Shown: positions 28,014 through 36,031 of the stretch, in pieces
Numbering within the stretch: position 1 is the first letter of the stretch
Layout of the letters: each line of letters starts with the position of its first letter
Source of the DNA: a virus
Taxonomy: Duplodnaviria; Caudoviricetes
Strand: one strand, 5' to 3'
Virus record (IMG/VR): IMGVR_UViG_3300012920_010371
Coordinates: 1-36,526 of that record
Length of the DNA stretch: 36,526 bases
Made by a program: the position numbers and the translations under genes
The notes under the pieces: generated by a model
What the model saw: the letters and a program-made list of their open reading frames with translations, nothing else
What the model was told of the DNA's origin: nothing
Databases searched by the model: none

Positions 28014-28028
28014 ATAGTATATTACACC

Positions 28029-28571
28029 ATGAATCAAACAAATCTAGTAAATGATATTCCAATTACAAAAGATGGGTTTGACCATATAAGCTGTATTGTT
28101 GAAATACCTAAAGGCACTAATACTAAATATGAGTATAATGAAAAGCATAATATTTTTGAGCTTGAGAGATGTTTAGTTTCGTCATTGCAATATCCAGTCA
28201 ATTATGGTTTTATAACTCAAACTTTTGCTCTAGATAGTGACCCTCTTGATGTCTTGATTTTTAATCATGACCCAATAGATAGAGGCAGTTTGGTTAGATG
28301 CAGAGTCTTAGGAGTCCTTGACTTTGTAGACAATAATGAAATAGATTACAAAATAATTGCCGTTCCTCATTGGGCGCCGAAAAGTCGCTACCCACGCTTG
28401 TCTTCTATAGAAGATGAACACTTGAAAATTTATAAACAGTTTTTTAGGATTTACAAAATAGACCGAACTAGCACTGTAAAAGTTGGAGAATGGAAAAATG
28501 GCAAAAAGGCCAGTACAGTAGTCTTAGACGCTCATAACAGGTGGCAGGAAAAACAGGCGATAAATGATTGA
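28029..28571 (+). CDS. ppa: inorganic pyrophosphatase (family I)
   Basis: VEIPKG..KYE, YPVNYGFI.QT, DSDPLDV and D.KII. Confidence 0.95.
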   Translation: MNQTNLVNDIPITKDGFDHISCIVEIPKGTNTKYEYNEKHNIFELERCLVSSLQYPVNYGFITQTFALDSDPLDVLIFNHDPIDRGSLVRCRVLGVLDFVDNNEIDYKIIAVPHWAPKSRYPRLSSIEDEHLKIYKQFFRIYKIDRTSTVKVGEWKNGKKASTVVLDAHNRWQEKQAIND

Positions 28572-29154
28572 TTTTGGATTAACCGCGCAAGAAGAAAACA
28601 AGGACTTGTTGCAATATTATTGGTTCGAATCCGCTTTCTCTCCAGACCAATGCCAAGAAATTATTAATATAGGAAAAACTTATCCTCAGGAGGGAGGGAA
28701 TACTTTTTCAGGAGCAGGAGGTGGGCCATCCTCAATTAGGTCTAGCACTATAAGATGGATCGATTACCAAGATCCAAGAGTTGAATGGCTCGTATCTCAA
28801 CTAGGAGACATGGCTAAAGAAGCCAACAGACAATTATACAAACTAGATTTATACGGCTTTACAGAAAAACTGCAATTTACAGAATACGAAGGGCAAGGAT
28901 CGCACTACGACTGGCATCCTGACATTGGCCCGAATATGACCAAAAGAAAGATAAGCATAGTTGTGCAGTTAAGTGATGAGAAAGATTACGAAGGTGGCGA
29001 ACTACTTATAAACACTGGGCATTTAATGACTCCCAGTAAAAAACAAGGAACCGTAGTGCTTTTTCCATCTTTTTTAATGCATAAAGTAGAACCTTTACGA
29101 TCTGGAAACAGATACTCTTTAGTTTCTTGGATTAGCGGCAACACTTGGAGATAG
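28564..29154 (+). CDS. 2OG-Fe(II) oxygenase (PKHD/prolyl-hydroxylase type)
   Basis: YDWHPD, RKIS, YEGGEL, FPSFLMHKV and RYSLVSW. Confidence 0.92.
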   Translation: MIDFGLTAQEENKDLLQYYWFESAFSPDQCQEIINIGKTYPQEGGNTFSGAGGGPSSIRSSTIRWIDYQDPRVEWLVSQLGDMAKEANRQLYKLDLYGFTEKLQFTEYEGQGSHYDWHPDIGPNMTKRKISIVVQLSDEKDYEGGELLINTGHLMTPSKKQGTVVLFPSFLMHKVEPLRSGNRYSLVSWISGNTWR

Positions 29155-29156
29155 TT

Positions 29157-29813
29157 ATGGGAATGTTTGACGAAATAATTGTACCGAAGTCTTATTTAAA
29201 AGGCTTGCTCACAAAAGACCAAGAGAAGCTTTTAAAAGTTTCTAGCCGCTACGGCGGCTCGGTTAGAGGTATTGAATTCCAAACTAAATGTTTAGAAAGC
29301 GCTTTACTTCATTATAAAATTTACAAACAAAAACTTTTCAAAAACGATGGGTCTCTATGGAATTGTGAGCCTCCAAATACGGAACAAAGAAATGAAAACA
29401 CTTCTAAAAAGTATCCTTATGAAAAAGGCCGCTGGAATAAAGTGCACCATGACGGCACTGTAAACTTTTATACGTCTATTTACGACAAAGACCAAAATGT
29501 ATGGTGGATCGAATTTAAATTTACTTTTGTAGGTGGAGTCATAGACAAAAAAGAACTAATTGAATTCGAAATGCAGGAAACTGCTGAAGAGGCAAAAGAA
29601 AGAGCGGAAGCTTGGACAAAAAGACACGCAGAAATCGATGCTTTCGAAAAAACTTTTAAGTATAAGTTTTTTGATAAAATACGAGTATTTTTAAGTCGAG
29701 TATTAGAATGGGTGCAACAGCAGACAATATTACCTAGCCCTAACTCTGTGAAAATTGATAGACAGCGAGTAGCAGAAAAAAGAAAAAAACTGAGTTTCTG
29801 GAAGCATTACTAA
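29157..29813 (+). CDS. conserved phage-type hypothetical protein
   Basis: MGMFD start, FQTK.L and terminal EF...F..G pattern seen in phage proteins. Confidence 0.65.
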   Translation: MGMFDEIIVPKSYLKGLLTKDQEKLLKVSSRYGGSVRGIEFQTKCLESALLHYKIYKQKLFKNDGSLWNCEPPNTEQRNENTSKKYPYEKGRWNKVHHDGTVNFYTSIYDKDQNVWWIEFKFTFVGGVIDKKELIEFEMQETAEEAKERAEAWTKRHAEIDAFEKTFKYKFFDKIRVFLSRVLEWVQQQTILPSPNSVKIDRQRVAEKRKKLSFWKHY

Positions 29814-29814
29814 A

Positions 29815-30042
29815 ATGGATAGCTTATATATAGTGGAGAATAAAGATATAGTTTGGGAATACAATAAAGATTCTCTAACTGCAAAAATTACAGAAATTTT
29901 AGACGGAATAGCTGAAGGAGATATAAAGCTTACCTCCCCTTATCAACCAAATCTTGGTACAAAATATATTGGGTCAGATGTAAGAAAAAGTATTGCTGAT
30001 GCGATAGTTGCAAAAATAAACGAATACCCCAGTTGCTCTTAA
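29815..30042 (+). CDS. hypothetical protein
   Basis: 75-aa ORF tightly packed with its neighbours. Confidence 0.55.
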   Translation: MDSLYIVENKDIVWEYNKDSLTAKITEILDGIAEGDIKLTSPYQPNLGTKYIGSDVRKSIADAIVAKINEYPSCS

Positions 30043-30287
30043 TGGACTTCCCTTCAAAAGGCTATAAGGAAATAAGAGAGGATTGTCCGGATATCCCAGC
30101 AGACACTTGTCCTTTAATCGACAAGACACTCAAACATGTTACTGAAATTGAAATTAATTTAGAACAACTTAGAGATCAAAATGAAGCCTTGCGCGACGTT
30201 GGTAAATTTTGGAGAGCTACTGCCATCAACTTACTTCAGGAATGTTGCGATTTAAATAGATATATAAAAAAGTTAGAAGATGAATGA
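30042..30287 (+). CDS. hypothetical coiled-coil protein
   Basis: TAATG overlap. P..TCP.ID...LEQLR..NEALR pattern. Confidence 0.6.
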   Translation: MDFPSKGYKEIREDCPDIPADTCPLIDKTLKHVTEIEINLEQLRDQNEALRDVGKFWRATAINLLQECCDLNRYIKKLEDE

Positions 30288-30559
30288 AAAAAGGATTTAC
30301 AGTATTGGAGCTCTTATTAGCCATTACTGTTATATTTTTATTAATTTCCTTATCCCTGCAAACTTACGCAAACGCAAAGCGACAAGCGCGAATCGCTGCG
30401 TGTAAAGTATATAGAAAACAAATAGAAACCTTTCGCGAAATGCCAGAATATAACCTACCAACCATATCAGACTCCGATATTAAAACTCTGGTGAAGACTT
30501 ACGACCAATGCTATCAATGCCACACAACAGCAAGAGTCCCTTATTATTACGCAGAATGA
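30284..30559 (+). CDS. prepilin/pseudopilin-like protein (type III signal) with C-terminal CxxCH
   Basis: MKKG|FTVLELLLAITVIFLLISL with G-1/F+1/E+5, AKRQARIAAC...KQI, and CYQCH. Confidence 0.85.
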   Translation: MKKGFTVLELLLAITVIFLLISLSLQTYANAKRQARIAACKVYRKQIETFREMPEYNLPTISDSDIKTLVKTYDQCYQCHTTARVPYYYAE

Positions 30560-31227
30560 AAATACTAATAATAATTTTACTAGCCCCAACCCTATACGCG
30601 CAGACAACTCGGTACGACCAAATAGTCGAGAGGAACGCTTTTTCTCTACTAGATAAACCTCCGGCTAAAGTTGAATTGCCGAAGCTTCTGGAGAAGCCGC
30701 CTGTTAAATTGAATCTCACCGGCATCATAACAAGAAGGGGAGTGACTAGTGTTTATTTATTTTCTAAAGATATTCCCAAAAGATTTCTAACACTTTCTAC
30801 TAAAAGAAGGACAGATAGCGGAGTGACGCTTTTAAGCGTGGAGAAAGGTTTAGTGGAGGTAAATAATAATGGCGTGACCGAGCTACTCTCTTTTGAAAGT
30901 CACAAACTACCCTCTACAATTACGCTGCCAGCGCTCAACGCCAAACCTACAATTATAAAAAAGAAGGACGACAAAAACAAGTCTGTCAAAACGGCCTCTC
31001 CAACTCCCAAGGCAAACATAGTGACCGTCCCTTCGAGACGACCGAAAGTAGATCCAAGAATTATACAAAAAGGATTGGAGTATATAGATAAAATAGAGGA
31101 TAAGGAAAAAAGAGAATACATTCTTCAAAGGCTCGAAAGGCTTCAAAGCGGCCAAGAAAAAATCGACAGAAAGATTGACAACAACGAAAGAAAACGTCAG
31201 TATGACGAACGACGCAGAGACAAATGA
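30556..31227 (+). CDS. exported protein, GspC/PilP-like
   Basis: ATGA overlap with the pilin, signal peptide, IVERNAFSL, Pro-rich linker, LNLTGI and VTLLSVEKGLVEVNNNG..ELL. Confidence 0.55.
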   Translation: MKILIIILLAPTLYAQTTRYDQIVERNAFSLLDKPPAKVELPKLLEKPPVKLNLTGIITRRGVTSVYLFSKDIPKRFLTLSTKRRTDSGVTLLSVEKGLVEVNNNGVTELLSFESHKLPSTITLPALNAKPTIIKKKDDKNKSVKTASPTPKANIVTVPSRRPKVDPRIIQKGLEYIDKIEDKEKREYILQRLERLQSGQEKIDRKIDNNERKRQYDERRRDK

Positions 31228-31433
31228 CAGTAAAAAAAGATAAACTAATAGAGTTCACAAACCTCGTTAACGAGTGCTGCGCGGTCATGGATCATGATTA
31301 TGTAGCAGACTGGCTGACTAAGCCAAATTCAGACTTAAACATGGATGTACCATTAGATATATTTAATTCTGAAGGTACAGATAGAATTTTTAAACTGCTG
31401 TATTTTATTGATATCGGCGAAGCTGATGCATAA
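31224..31433 (+). CDS. antitoxin Xre/MbcA/ParS toxin-binding-domain-like protein
   Basis: WLTKPNSDLNMDVPLDIF..EG..RI..LL..I..G matches the WL..PN..L....Pl.ll...G...v..lL..i..G pattern. Confidence 0.7.
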   Translation: MTVKKDKLIEFTNLVNECCAVMDHDYVADWLTKPNSDLNMDVPLDIFNSEGTDRIFKLLYFIDIGEADA

Positions 31434-31439
31434 CTTTTT

Positions 31440-31467
31440 TTGATTTATTAAAAATTATACATATACT
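31440..31467 (+). promoter_or_regulatory. sigma70-like promoter TTGATT-16-TATACT
   Basis: Intergenic. Followed by an AT-rich hairpin (31465-31501) ending at the ATG. Confidence 0.5.
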
Positions 31468-31501
31468 AATTTAGCAATAGTTAAATCTATTTTAAATTAG
31501 T

Positions 31502-32617
31502 ATGAAAAGTAATTATACTTCTCTGATTGTTCAGAGAGCAAAAGAAGGAAAGCTGGCAACAGTTGATAGTGGTAAAAATTCTCAAACTTTTTATGACGGC
31601 GAAAAAGTCGTTGAGATAAAAGATAAAAAAGATTTTTTAAATCTAGCCAAAAACCCTAACTTAAATGGCTGGGCATTAGTAGGAGAAAACGCGCATTTAG
31701 GATCTCCTAGAGGAGAGAGATCTTTCTCAAAGGCTCAACCTTTTACTTCTGAAGAGTTAACTCAGTTCTACCAAGACGCAGAAAAAAACGATTTAATTAT
31801 CGGGCTTTTTCCACAGCAGTCTACGCCTAGGGCAACAGTGTATTCACAACTAGAAAAAAACGATTTAAACGATCCAATATCAATTCATAAGCTAGTAACC
31901 AGCTTTCCTCAAATTTCTCTAAAGAAGCCTAGCGCTAATTTCGCGGAAACGGAAGTCAGAAAAGAAGGATATAAACATAAAGCAAACTTAAATGCTGTTT
32001 TAAATGCTGCTCGTTTTTTTGATTATTCTGACTCTGATCCTAACGCTAAATTTATTAGAGATAATATAGAAACAATTTCTCGGTTTCTTTCTACAGATGC
32101 TCAAGATGCTTTCAACTTAAACGATAGATATAAAGTCGGGGCGAAGAAAGGTAAAATCAATACTAACAAAATTTCCATGTCTCAAATGTATACGATTCTA
32201 TCTATACTTAGAGGTAAAATTGGCAAAAATGGCGAAATTACTGAAGATTTAAACTATAGAGAGTCTCAAGGCAAGCTATGCAGTTGGTCTTTTACTAAAA
32301 AATATATTTTAAATCTTGGCCCTTTTCATAGAAACGGAGGAGTTGGGAGAAGTAATGTAATGTACCACGGTGAAAGAAACTATATTATTAGAAAAGCTAA
32401 AGAAGAGGGTTTCTCTTTGAAAAGCCGGAACAGAGGAACTTTCACCAGTGAAGAAGATGCTGTTTTTGTAAAGTACAGGACTATTTATAGAAATTCACTA
32501 AAAGAACTTTTTAATGCTTTTTCTAGTTTACTGACAGCTATTCCTGATGAAGTAACCCACTCTATTGGAACTTTACGTCTATCATCTGAGCAGTTTACTT
32601 TATTTGATCTTGATTGA
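31502..32617 (+). CDS. IS110/TasR-like protein (DEDD RuvC-fold N-domain plus possible Nop/Tnp-like C-domain)
   Basis: D22 (ATVDSGK), E62 (ALVGENA) and D121/D124 (KNDLND). C-terminal KKYILNLGPFHRNGG...HG.R resembles the IS110 GL.P...SG...K.G segment. Confidence 0.5.
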   Translation: MKSNYTSLIVQRAKEGKLATVDSGKNSQTFYDGEKVVEIKDKKDFLNLAKNPNLNGWALVGENAHLGSPRGERSFSKAQPFTSEELTQFYQDAEKNDLIIGLFPQQSTPRATVYSQLEKNDLNDPISIHKLVTSFPQISLKKPSANFAETEVRKEGYKHKANLNAVLNAARFFDYSDSDPNAKFIRDNIETISRFLSTDAQDAFNLNDRYKVGAKKGKINTNKISMSQMYTILSILRGKIGKNGEITEDLNYRESQGKLCSWSFTKKYILNLGPFHRNGGVGRSNVMYHGERNYIIRKAKEEGFSLKSRNRGTFTSEEDAVFVKYRTIYRNSLKELFNAFSSLLTAIPDEVTHSIGTLRLSSEQFTLFDLD

Positions 32618-32620
32618 TTT

Positions 32621-32968
32621 ATGTCAGTAAAAAAAGTTGAAAAAGATTGGGGTTACGAGCTTTGGCTTGCTAACAACGAAACAGAAAATTACTGCGGTAA
32701 AATTCTCTACATTAGAGAAGGATATAGAGGCTCTATGCATTTTCACTCGGAAAAGCATGAAACCTTTTACATTCTAGAAGGCAAGCTAAGAGTAGATACT
32801 CTAAACACAGAAACTGCTGAAAAATCTGTTGACATTCTCAACGAAGGTGATACTTTTGTGCTCGACAGACTAAAGCCTCATCAACTTATCGCGCATGAAG
32901 GCGATGTTAAGTTTATCGAGATTAGTACGTTTCATAAAGATAGCGATAGCTATCGCGTTTGGAGATAA
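32621..32968 (+). CDS. cupin-domain protein
   Basis: VEKDWGYE, SMHFHSEKHETFY, H and EIST. Confidence 0.88.
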   Translation: MSVKKVEKDWGYELWLANNETENYCGKILYIREGYRGSMHFHSEKHETFYILEGKLRVDTLNTETAEKSVDILNEGDTFVLDRLKPHQLIAHEGDVKFIEISTFHKDSDSYRVWR

Positions 32969-33465
32969 TGAAAAAAATTATATTAGCCTTACTCGTATCG
33001 GTCACCTTAGTTCAAGGTGAGGAGTTAAAACTTTTCGGCAAAACTGTTATTTATGAAAATGGCAGTTGGGTAAATCCCGATGAACCTAAGTTTAAAATTA
33101 CTAAACCTAAAACTTGGTTAAAGCGCAACTACGTTCGCCATTACATGCAAGGCTCTCAAGAACTTACAGATTCAATTATAAAAATTAATTTTAAAGAACT
33201 TGTAGAAGCAGGTAAAACAGGCGACAAGATTAAACTTAATGAGTTTATCGAGCTTTTTCAGCTTGACAAAACAAAAGAAGCTGTTAAGAATCATCCCGAA
33301 GCTGTTGCTGTGCCTGCGGGCATGGCATTAGGCTCTGCTGCCGAAGGCGGCAAAGGCACGGTTATGGCAACAGCCGGTCTACTTAAAAACGTTGGCACTT
33401 TGACGCTGAAGACATTTAAGTTTTTAGCTAAGCCTGTGACCAAAGTAGTTAAGGTAGAAAAATGA
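32968..33465 (+). CDS. exported hypothetical protein
   Basis: TAATG overlap and signal peptide MKKIILALLVSVTLVQG. Confidence 0.65.
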   Translation: MKKIILALLVSVTLVQGEELKLFGKTVIYENGSWVNPDEPKFKITKPKTWLKRNYVRHYMQGSQELTDSIIKINFKELVEAGKTGDKIKLNEFIELFQLDKTKEAVKNHPEAVAVPAGMALGSAAEGGKGTVMATAGLLKNVGTLTLKTFKFLAKPVTKVVKVEK

Positions 33466-33710
33466 AGAGGTATATTTTAGGCTTTCTAGCTTTCGTCGGA
33501 CTTAACTTCGCTGGCTTGTTCTCTTTGGGGATGATAGTCGGTTTTGTTATAGCTTTAGGCGGAGAAAGAAATGCGGATACTCTTGAACAATCCGGCTGGT
33601 TTAACGCGCTAGTGCTTGTAGTTTGGCCAATTATTTCTTTCTTTGCTTTCAAATTTTCAGTACAAAGAATTATTCTAAAAACTAAAGACGAGGATTCAAA
33701 ACTTTTCTGA
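33462..33710 (+). CDS. small membrane protein (2 TM)
   Basis: Two hydrophobic segments. Confidence 0.65.
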   Translation: MKRYILGFLAFVGLNFAGLFSLGMIVGFVIALGGERNADTLEQSGWFNALVLVVWPIISFFAFKFSVQRIILKTKDEDSKLF

Positions 33711-33711
33711 G

Positions 33712-34482
33712 ATGAGGCACATAATACTATCAATGTTGATTTCTGTTTCTGTTTTTGCGCAAACAGAAGAAAATAAATCATTTGTGGCTTTTGCTAACAG
33801 CTATATTCCAGAGTTAGACGAGAGAGTTTTAACTCGCGAAGAAATTTGGGAGGAAAAAGAACCAAAAGAATATTATCCTGTAAATGACATTATTACCAAA
33901 AAGACTCTGTTTGTACCCACGACAGGCGCGAACAAAGCTTTCTATCAGTCATTAAATTATTACAATAGAAATCTTTTTATGGCGTTAAAGCAAGCGGCGA
34001 AAAAAGCCAGAGAGGATAATAAAACTTTCTATATCAATATAGTTGCTGGCGAAGGCACACCCGCTCACGCTTTCAAAGGAAGAAATAATGTATATAAAGC
34101 CTCTGAGTACACAGAAGGCCAGTGGACTATACTAGGTATCAATCCAAAAGGAGAACTCGTACAAGACCATTATCAACATGGCGAGTACGGTAAGGTGGGA
34201 AGAGACGGTATTTCGTACGAACATGCTGTTAAAACCTTTAAAGCTACTAAATTAAGAGAGGCTGCAAAAAGAGCAGAAGAAAGCGATAAGAAGCACGACT
34301 GGGAAGTAATACTTTCTTTTGACGATGCACAAAATCAAGTATTTAAGTTTGATACTTTTGCAGAATATGAAGAGTTTTACAACATTAATAAGGTTTATAA
34401 CTTCAAGCCTGAGAATGTTAAAACAAGAAAAATCGACGTTAAAACCCAGCATCAAACCAAAAATCCTTTAGTTAAGAAGTGA
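33712..34482 (+). CDS. exported hypothetical protein
   Basis: Signal peptide MRHIILSMLISVSVFA. Confidence 0.7.
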   Translation: MRHIILSMLISVSVFAQTEENKSFVAFANSYIPELDERVLTREEIWEEKEPKEYYPVNDIITKKTLFVPTTGANKAFYQSLNYYNRNLFMALKQAAKKAREDNKTFYINIVAGEGTPAHAFKGRNNVYKASEYTEGQWTILGINPKGELVQDHYQHGEYGKVGRDGISYEHAVKTFKATKLREAAKRAEESDKKHDWEVILSFDDAQNQVFKFDTFAEYEEFYNINKVYNFKPENVKTRKIDVKTQHQTKNPLVKK

Positions 34483-34856
34483 TAAAATTAAATCATAAAC
34501 ATTTAATTTTAAAAGGCGTTATGACTGACGTACTCACTGTCAGTGAAATCGAAAATGTCATAAATGATTTGGTAGATAAATTAGATATGAAATATGTTAA
34601 GACAATGCCTGTTAATCCTATGGTAGCTTATGAACCAAATGAAAATTGCGGAGTTACTGGCGTAGGCATAATAACAACCTCTCATATAATAATCCATACT
34701 TGGGACGATACAAAATATTTTCAAGCAGATATTTATTCGTGCAAAGACTTTGATCCTTCTCAAGTAATAGACTCGCTCACATCTTATAAACTAGAAACTA
34801 AGCAAGGTAAAATGCTAGACAGAAACGACGAAATAAAAGATTTACATCTTACATGA
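34479..34856 (+). CDS. speD: S-adenosylmethionine decarboxylase proenzyme-like (SpeD/SpeH family)
   Basis: GVTGVGIITTSHIIIHTW and DIYSCKDFD. Confidence 0.8.
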   Translation: MIKLNHKHLILKGVMTDVLTVSEIENVINDLVDKLDMKYVKTMPVNPMVAYEPNENCGVTGVGIITTSHIIIHTWDDTKYFQADIYSCKDFDPSQVIDSLTSYKLETKQGKMLDRNDEIKDLHLT

Positions 34857-35581
34857 AATATATAATCTTATCCCTACTATTTGTTACTACTGCTTTCGCG
34901 CAGTATCCTATAGAATTGCCTAAAGAGTATCCTGCTGTTAAAAAGTATAATGGTGTCTTTATGCGAATTTCAAAACAAGAAAGTAATTTGTACATGTTAC
35001 AGCTTTATGGAACTACTTTCGCTGAGAAAGAGGAAGACGTAGTAATTCTTTCTGATAAAGATTTTGCCACTACCATTAAAGAAGTAGAGGTCAAAACTAT
35101 TTACGAGCTAATAGCTACTGGATCTAATATTACTCATGCTTCTATAGATGTTATAAAAGATCAAAAAGAGTTGAGGTATCTTAACTTATCCAAAAATAAA
35201 AATATAAGCGACGAAACTTGTCGCAAGATAGGAGAATACTTTCCTGAACTAGAAAGACTTAACTTGTATCAAACTGCTGTTACTGACAAGGGACTTGAGT
35301 ATCTTTCTAATTTAAAGAATCTTCGCGCACTTCATTTATTTGGTTCTAAAGTTACTTTCAAAGCTGCTAGTGATTTTAGGAATTTAATGGCGCAAAACGG
35401 CAATGATGATTTAGAAATAACCATAGGCGGTAAACATCCTGCTTTAGGCAGTATTAAGTATAACGCCTTCTTAAAAGCTACCTACCAAAAAAATGCTGAC
35501 TCAGGTAAGCTTAATCCAGATTTCAAAGTCGACGTAGCTGGCGAAACCAAGCCTAACAAAAAATACGAAGACTCTGAATAA
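34853..35581 (+). CDS. exported leucine-rich-repeat protein
   Basis: Signal peptide plus repeats LRYLNLSKN.NISD, LERLNLYQTAVTDKGL and LRALHLFGSKVT. Confidence 0.82.
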   Translation: MKYIILSLLFVTTAFAQYPIELPKEYPAVKKYNGVFMRISKQESNLYMLQLYGTTFAEKEEDVVILSDKDFATTIKEVEVKTIYELIATGSNITHASIDVIKDQKELRYLNLSKNKNISDETCRKIGEYFPELERLNLYQTAVTDKGLEYLSNLKNLRALHLFGSKVTFKAASDFRNLMAQNGNDDLEITIGGKHPALGSIKYNAFLKATYQKNADSGKLNPDFKVDVAGETKPNKKYEDSE

Positions 35582-35585
35582 TATC

Positions 35586-35846
35586 ATGGAAACAGAAATT
35601 AGTCCTATTCAGTTGGTGCTGGCGCTCCCGTCGCTAGTGTGTCTCATTATTGCTTGGGTAGCCATGTTTCAGCAGGGCAAAACAGGGCTCGGTATTGCAT
35701 GTATTCTTCTAACTTTCCTATGCGGTATAGGTGGACTTATCACCTTTATTTGGGGTTGGATGAGTAACAATGTTAATGTCAAAGTAATGATCGCTTGGAC
35801 TTTGCTTATAATTATGAGTACGGTGGCAAGCTTAACAGGATCATGA
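35586..35846 (+). CDS. small membrane protein (3 TM)
   Basis: Almost entirely hydrophobic 86-aa ORF. Confidence 0.7.
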   Translation: METEISPIQLVLALPSLVCLIIAWVAMFQQGKTGLGIACILLTFLCGIGGLITFIWGWMSNNVNVKVMIAWTLLIIMSTVASLTGS

Positions 35847-35968
35847 GCTCAAGTTCTCTGATAGAGAGGGAGCGTAAAAAGTTAAAAATGGAGTGGGAGC
35901 AACTACCCAATCCTAAGCCAACTTGGGAAGATTACAAGCGTGTGAAAGCCCGAAAAACTTTTAAATAA
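35843..35968 (+). CDS. small hypothetical protein (41 aa, not in ORF track)
   Basis: ATGA overlap. MSSSSLIERERKKLKMEWEQLPNPKPTWEDYKRVKARKTFK. Confidence 0.5.
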   Translation: MSSSSLIERERKKLKMEWEQLPNPKPTWEDYKRVKARKTFK

Positions 35969-36031
35969 TGCTATGCGTTTTACTTAGTCAAAGCACTAGA
36001 TGCTTTTTAATACTTCAACGCAAGCATTTCA

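Noticed and set aside
31434-32620. TIGR array, CRISPR array or IS110 element ends around the DEDD gene
   Set aside because: The flanks are 68 nt and 3 nt long with no periodic repeats. No CRISPR-like repeat-spacer run was seen anywhere in the window.
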